A stretch of 24,000 nucleotides of DNA from Methanobacteriota archaeon (GTDB lineage Archaea > Thermoplasmatota > E2 > DHVEG-1), in contig CAVYNH010000006.1 in assembly GCA_963769885.1 (NCBI GenBank), positions 409,791 through 433,790 on the forward strand, written 5' to 3'. Numbering within the stretch: the first letter of the stretch is position 1; every line of letters begins with the position of its first letter. A model generated the notes under the pieces. It was not told where the DNA came from, did not search any database, and saw nothing but the letters and a program-made list of their open reading frames with translations. Shown piece by piece: positions 23,395-24,000 of this stretch. Both the position numbers and the translations under genes were made by a program.

Positions 23395-24000
23395 TTATTT
23401 GACGTTGAGGACGAAGATGAGGAAGACGAAGCCGGTGGCGATCTTGCTGGCGGTGGCGCCTTCGGCGCAGGCCGCGGAGAAGCTGATGATGACCCTGCCG
23501 ATGCCGATGATCCGGTTGCAGGTCATGGTGTCCTGGGCGCCGGGGAGGAGGACGCCGGGGAATCCGGTGCTCATCGTCCCTGAGAGGATGAGACCGTTGG
23601 AGAGGATCATGACCCAGGTGACGTTGGTGGCGGTGCCCTGGCCGACGTTGCGGATGACGGCCGTGAGGTACGGGCCGCCGGTGACGTTCTGGATCAGGAG
23701 GACGGGAGGATGCTGGATTTCCGGGGTGGAGAGGCTGAGGTCGTCGTAGTAGGCAGCGGTGGCGTTGATGCTGCGGAGATCAACGGCTTGAAGGGTGAGG
23801 GGGCCGCCGCCGGTGTTGTTGCATTGGTTGCTATAGTGTTTTTGGACGAGGAGTTCGTTGTCGTAGTAGACCGTGAACCAGTCGCTGGTGAGGTTTGCCT
23901 CGGTGCGGAGTTCGACCCAGCGGCCTTTTTTGAGGGGGAGGGTCATAGCGTCGTTCTCGGATTCGACCATGTTGGTGGCGGCGTCCGCGCTGATCGTGAC
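23395..24000 (-). CDS. Secreted multi-domain protein, C-terminal 201 codons (5' end beyond the window end); LamG/jelly-roll-like plus CARDB-like domain
   Basis: The frame stays open from 24000 with no stop upstream of the track's Met at 23970. WVELRTEANLTSDWFTVYYDNELL...AAYYDDLSL resembles the end of a concanavalin/LamG-like domain. It is followed by IRNVGQGTATNVTWVM...GLILSG...LLPGAQ...IGIGRVII and a hydrophobic C-terminus ATGFVFLIFVLNVK. It ends 36 nt upstream of the archaeosortase gene. Confidence 0.65.
   Translation of the reverse strand, partial: VTISADAATNMVESENDAMTLPLKKGRWVELRTEANLTSDWFTVYYDNELLVQKHYSNQCNNTGGGPLTLQAVDLRSINATAAYYDDLSLSTPEIQHPPVLLIQNVTGGPYLTAVIRNVGQGTATNVTWVMILSNGLILSGTMSTGFPGVLLPGAQDTMTCNRIIGIGRVIISFSAACAEGATASKIATGFVFLIFVLNVK

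Noticed and set aside
1-24000. A search for CRISPR arrays, rRNA genes, IS elements, transposases, integrases, toxin-antitoxin pairs and recognisable defence genes.
   Set aside because: I saw no regularly spaced 25-40 nt repeats, no rRNA-like sequence, and no ORF with transposase, integrase, nuclease or defence-system signatures on either strand.

Overview
This window reads as an archaeal chromosomal segment. By eye it is moderately GC-rich, with one AT-rich island of about 1 kb. I can support about 27 protein genes (two run off the window ends), two tRNA genes, one frameshifted gene, and a few promoter and terminator candidates.

Archaeal hallmarks:
- Trm1 and a THEP1-type NTPase.
- An archaeosortase followed by archaetidylserine decarboxylase and synthase genes.
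- A Thermococcales-type HypA paired with an Mrp/MinD-type HypB.
- tRNA-Gln genes with an A1:U72 pair and no encoded CCA.
- TATA-like boxes 25-45 nt upstream of start codons, and oligo-T terminators.

Other content:
- A sulfotransferase and a membrane GT2 glycosyltransferase.
- A DUF431-like SPOUT methyltransferase, a cold-shock-domain protein and a RimI-like GNAT.
- A tightly coupled three-gene operon: a ThrC-like PLP enzyme, a DUF1611 P-loop protein and a PP-loop ATPase with a Cys cluster.
- dcd, folC and a frameshifted purN.
- Several secreted, lipobox-bearing or sequon-rich proteins.

Most notable observations:
1. A bacterial-type GlnRS gene is flanked on the same strand by both tRNA-Gln isoacceptors (CUG and UUG).
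2. Strong strand-composition domains of a few kb alternate between C+A-rich and G+T-rich. They do not follow gene orientation, and they switch inside genes.
3. The uncharacterised PLP / DUF1611 / PP-loop operon.
4. A four-gene string: secreted protein, archaeosortase, psd, pssA.
5. An AT-rich island bounded by imperfect direct repeats. It holds a 20-nt motif family and a small secreted protein that is paralogous to the C-terminal domain of the protein upstream of the archaeosortase.

No CRISPR array, rRNA, transposase or integrase was seen. All similarity statements are by eye and from memory of the protein families. Nothing was computed.
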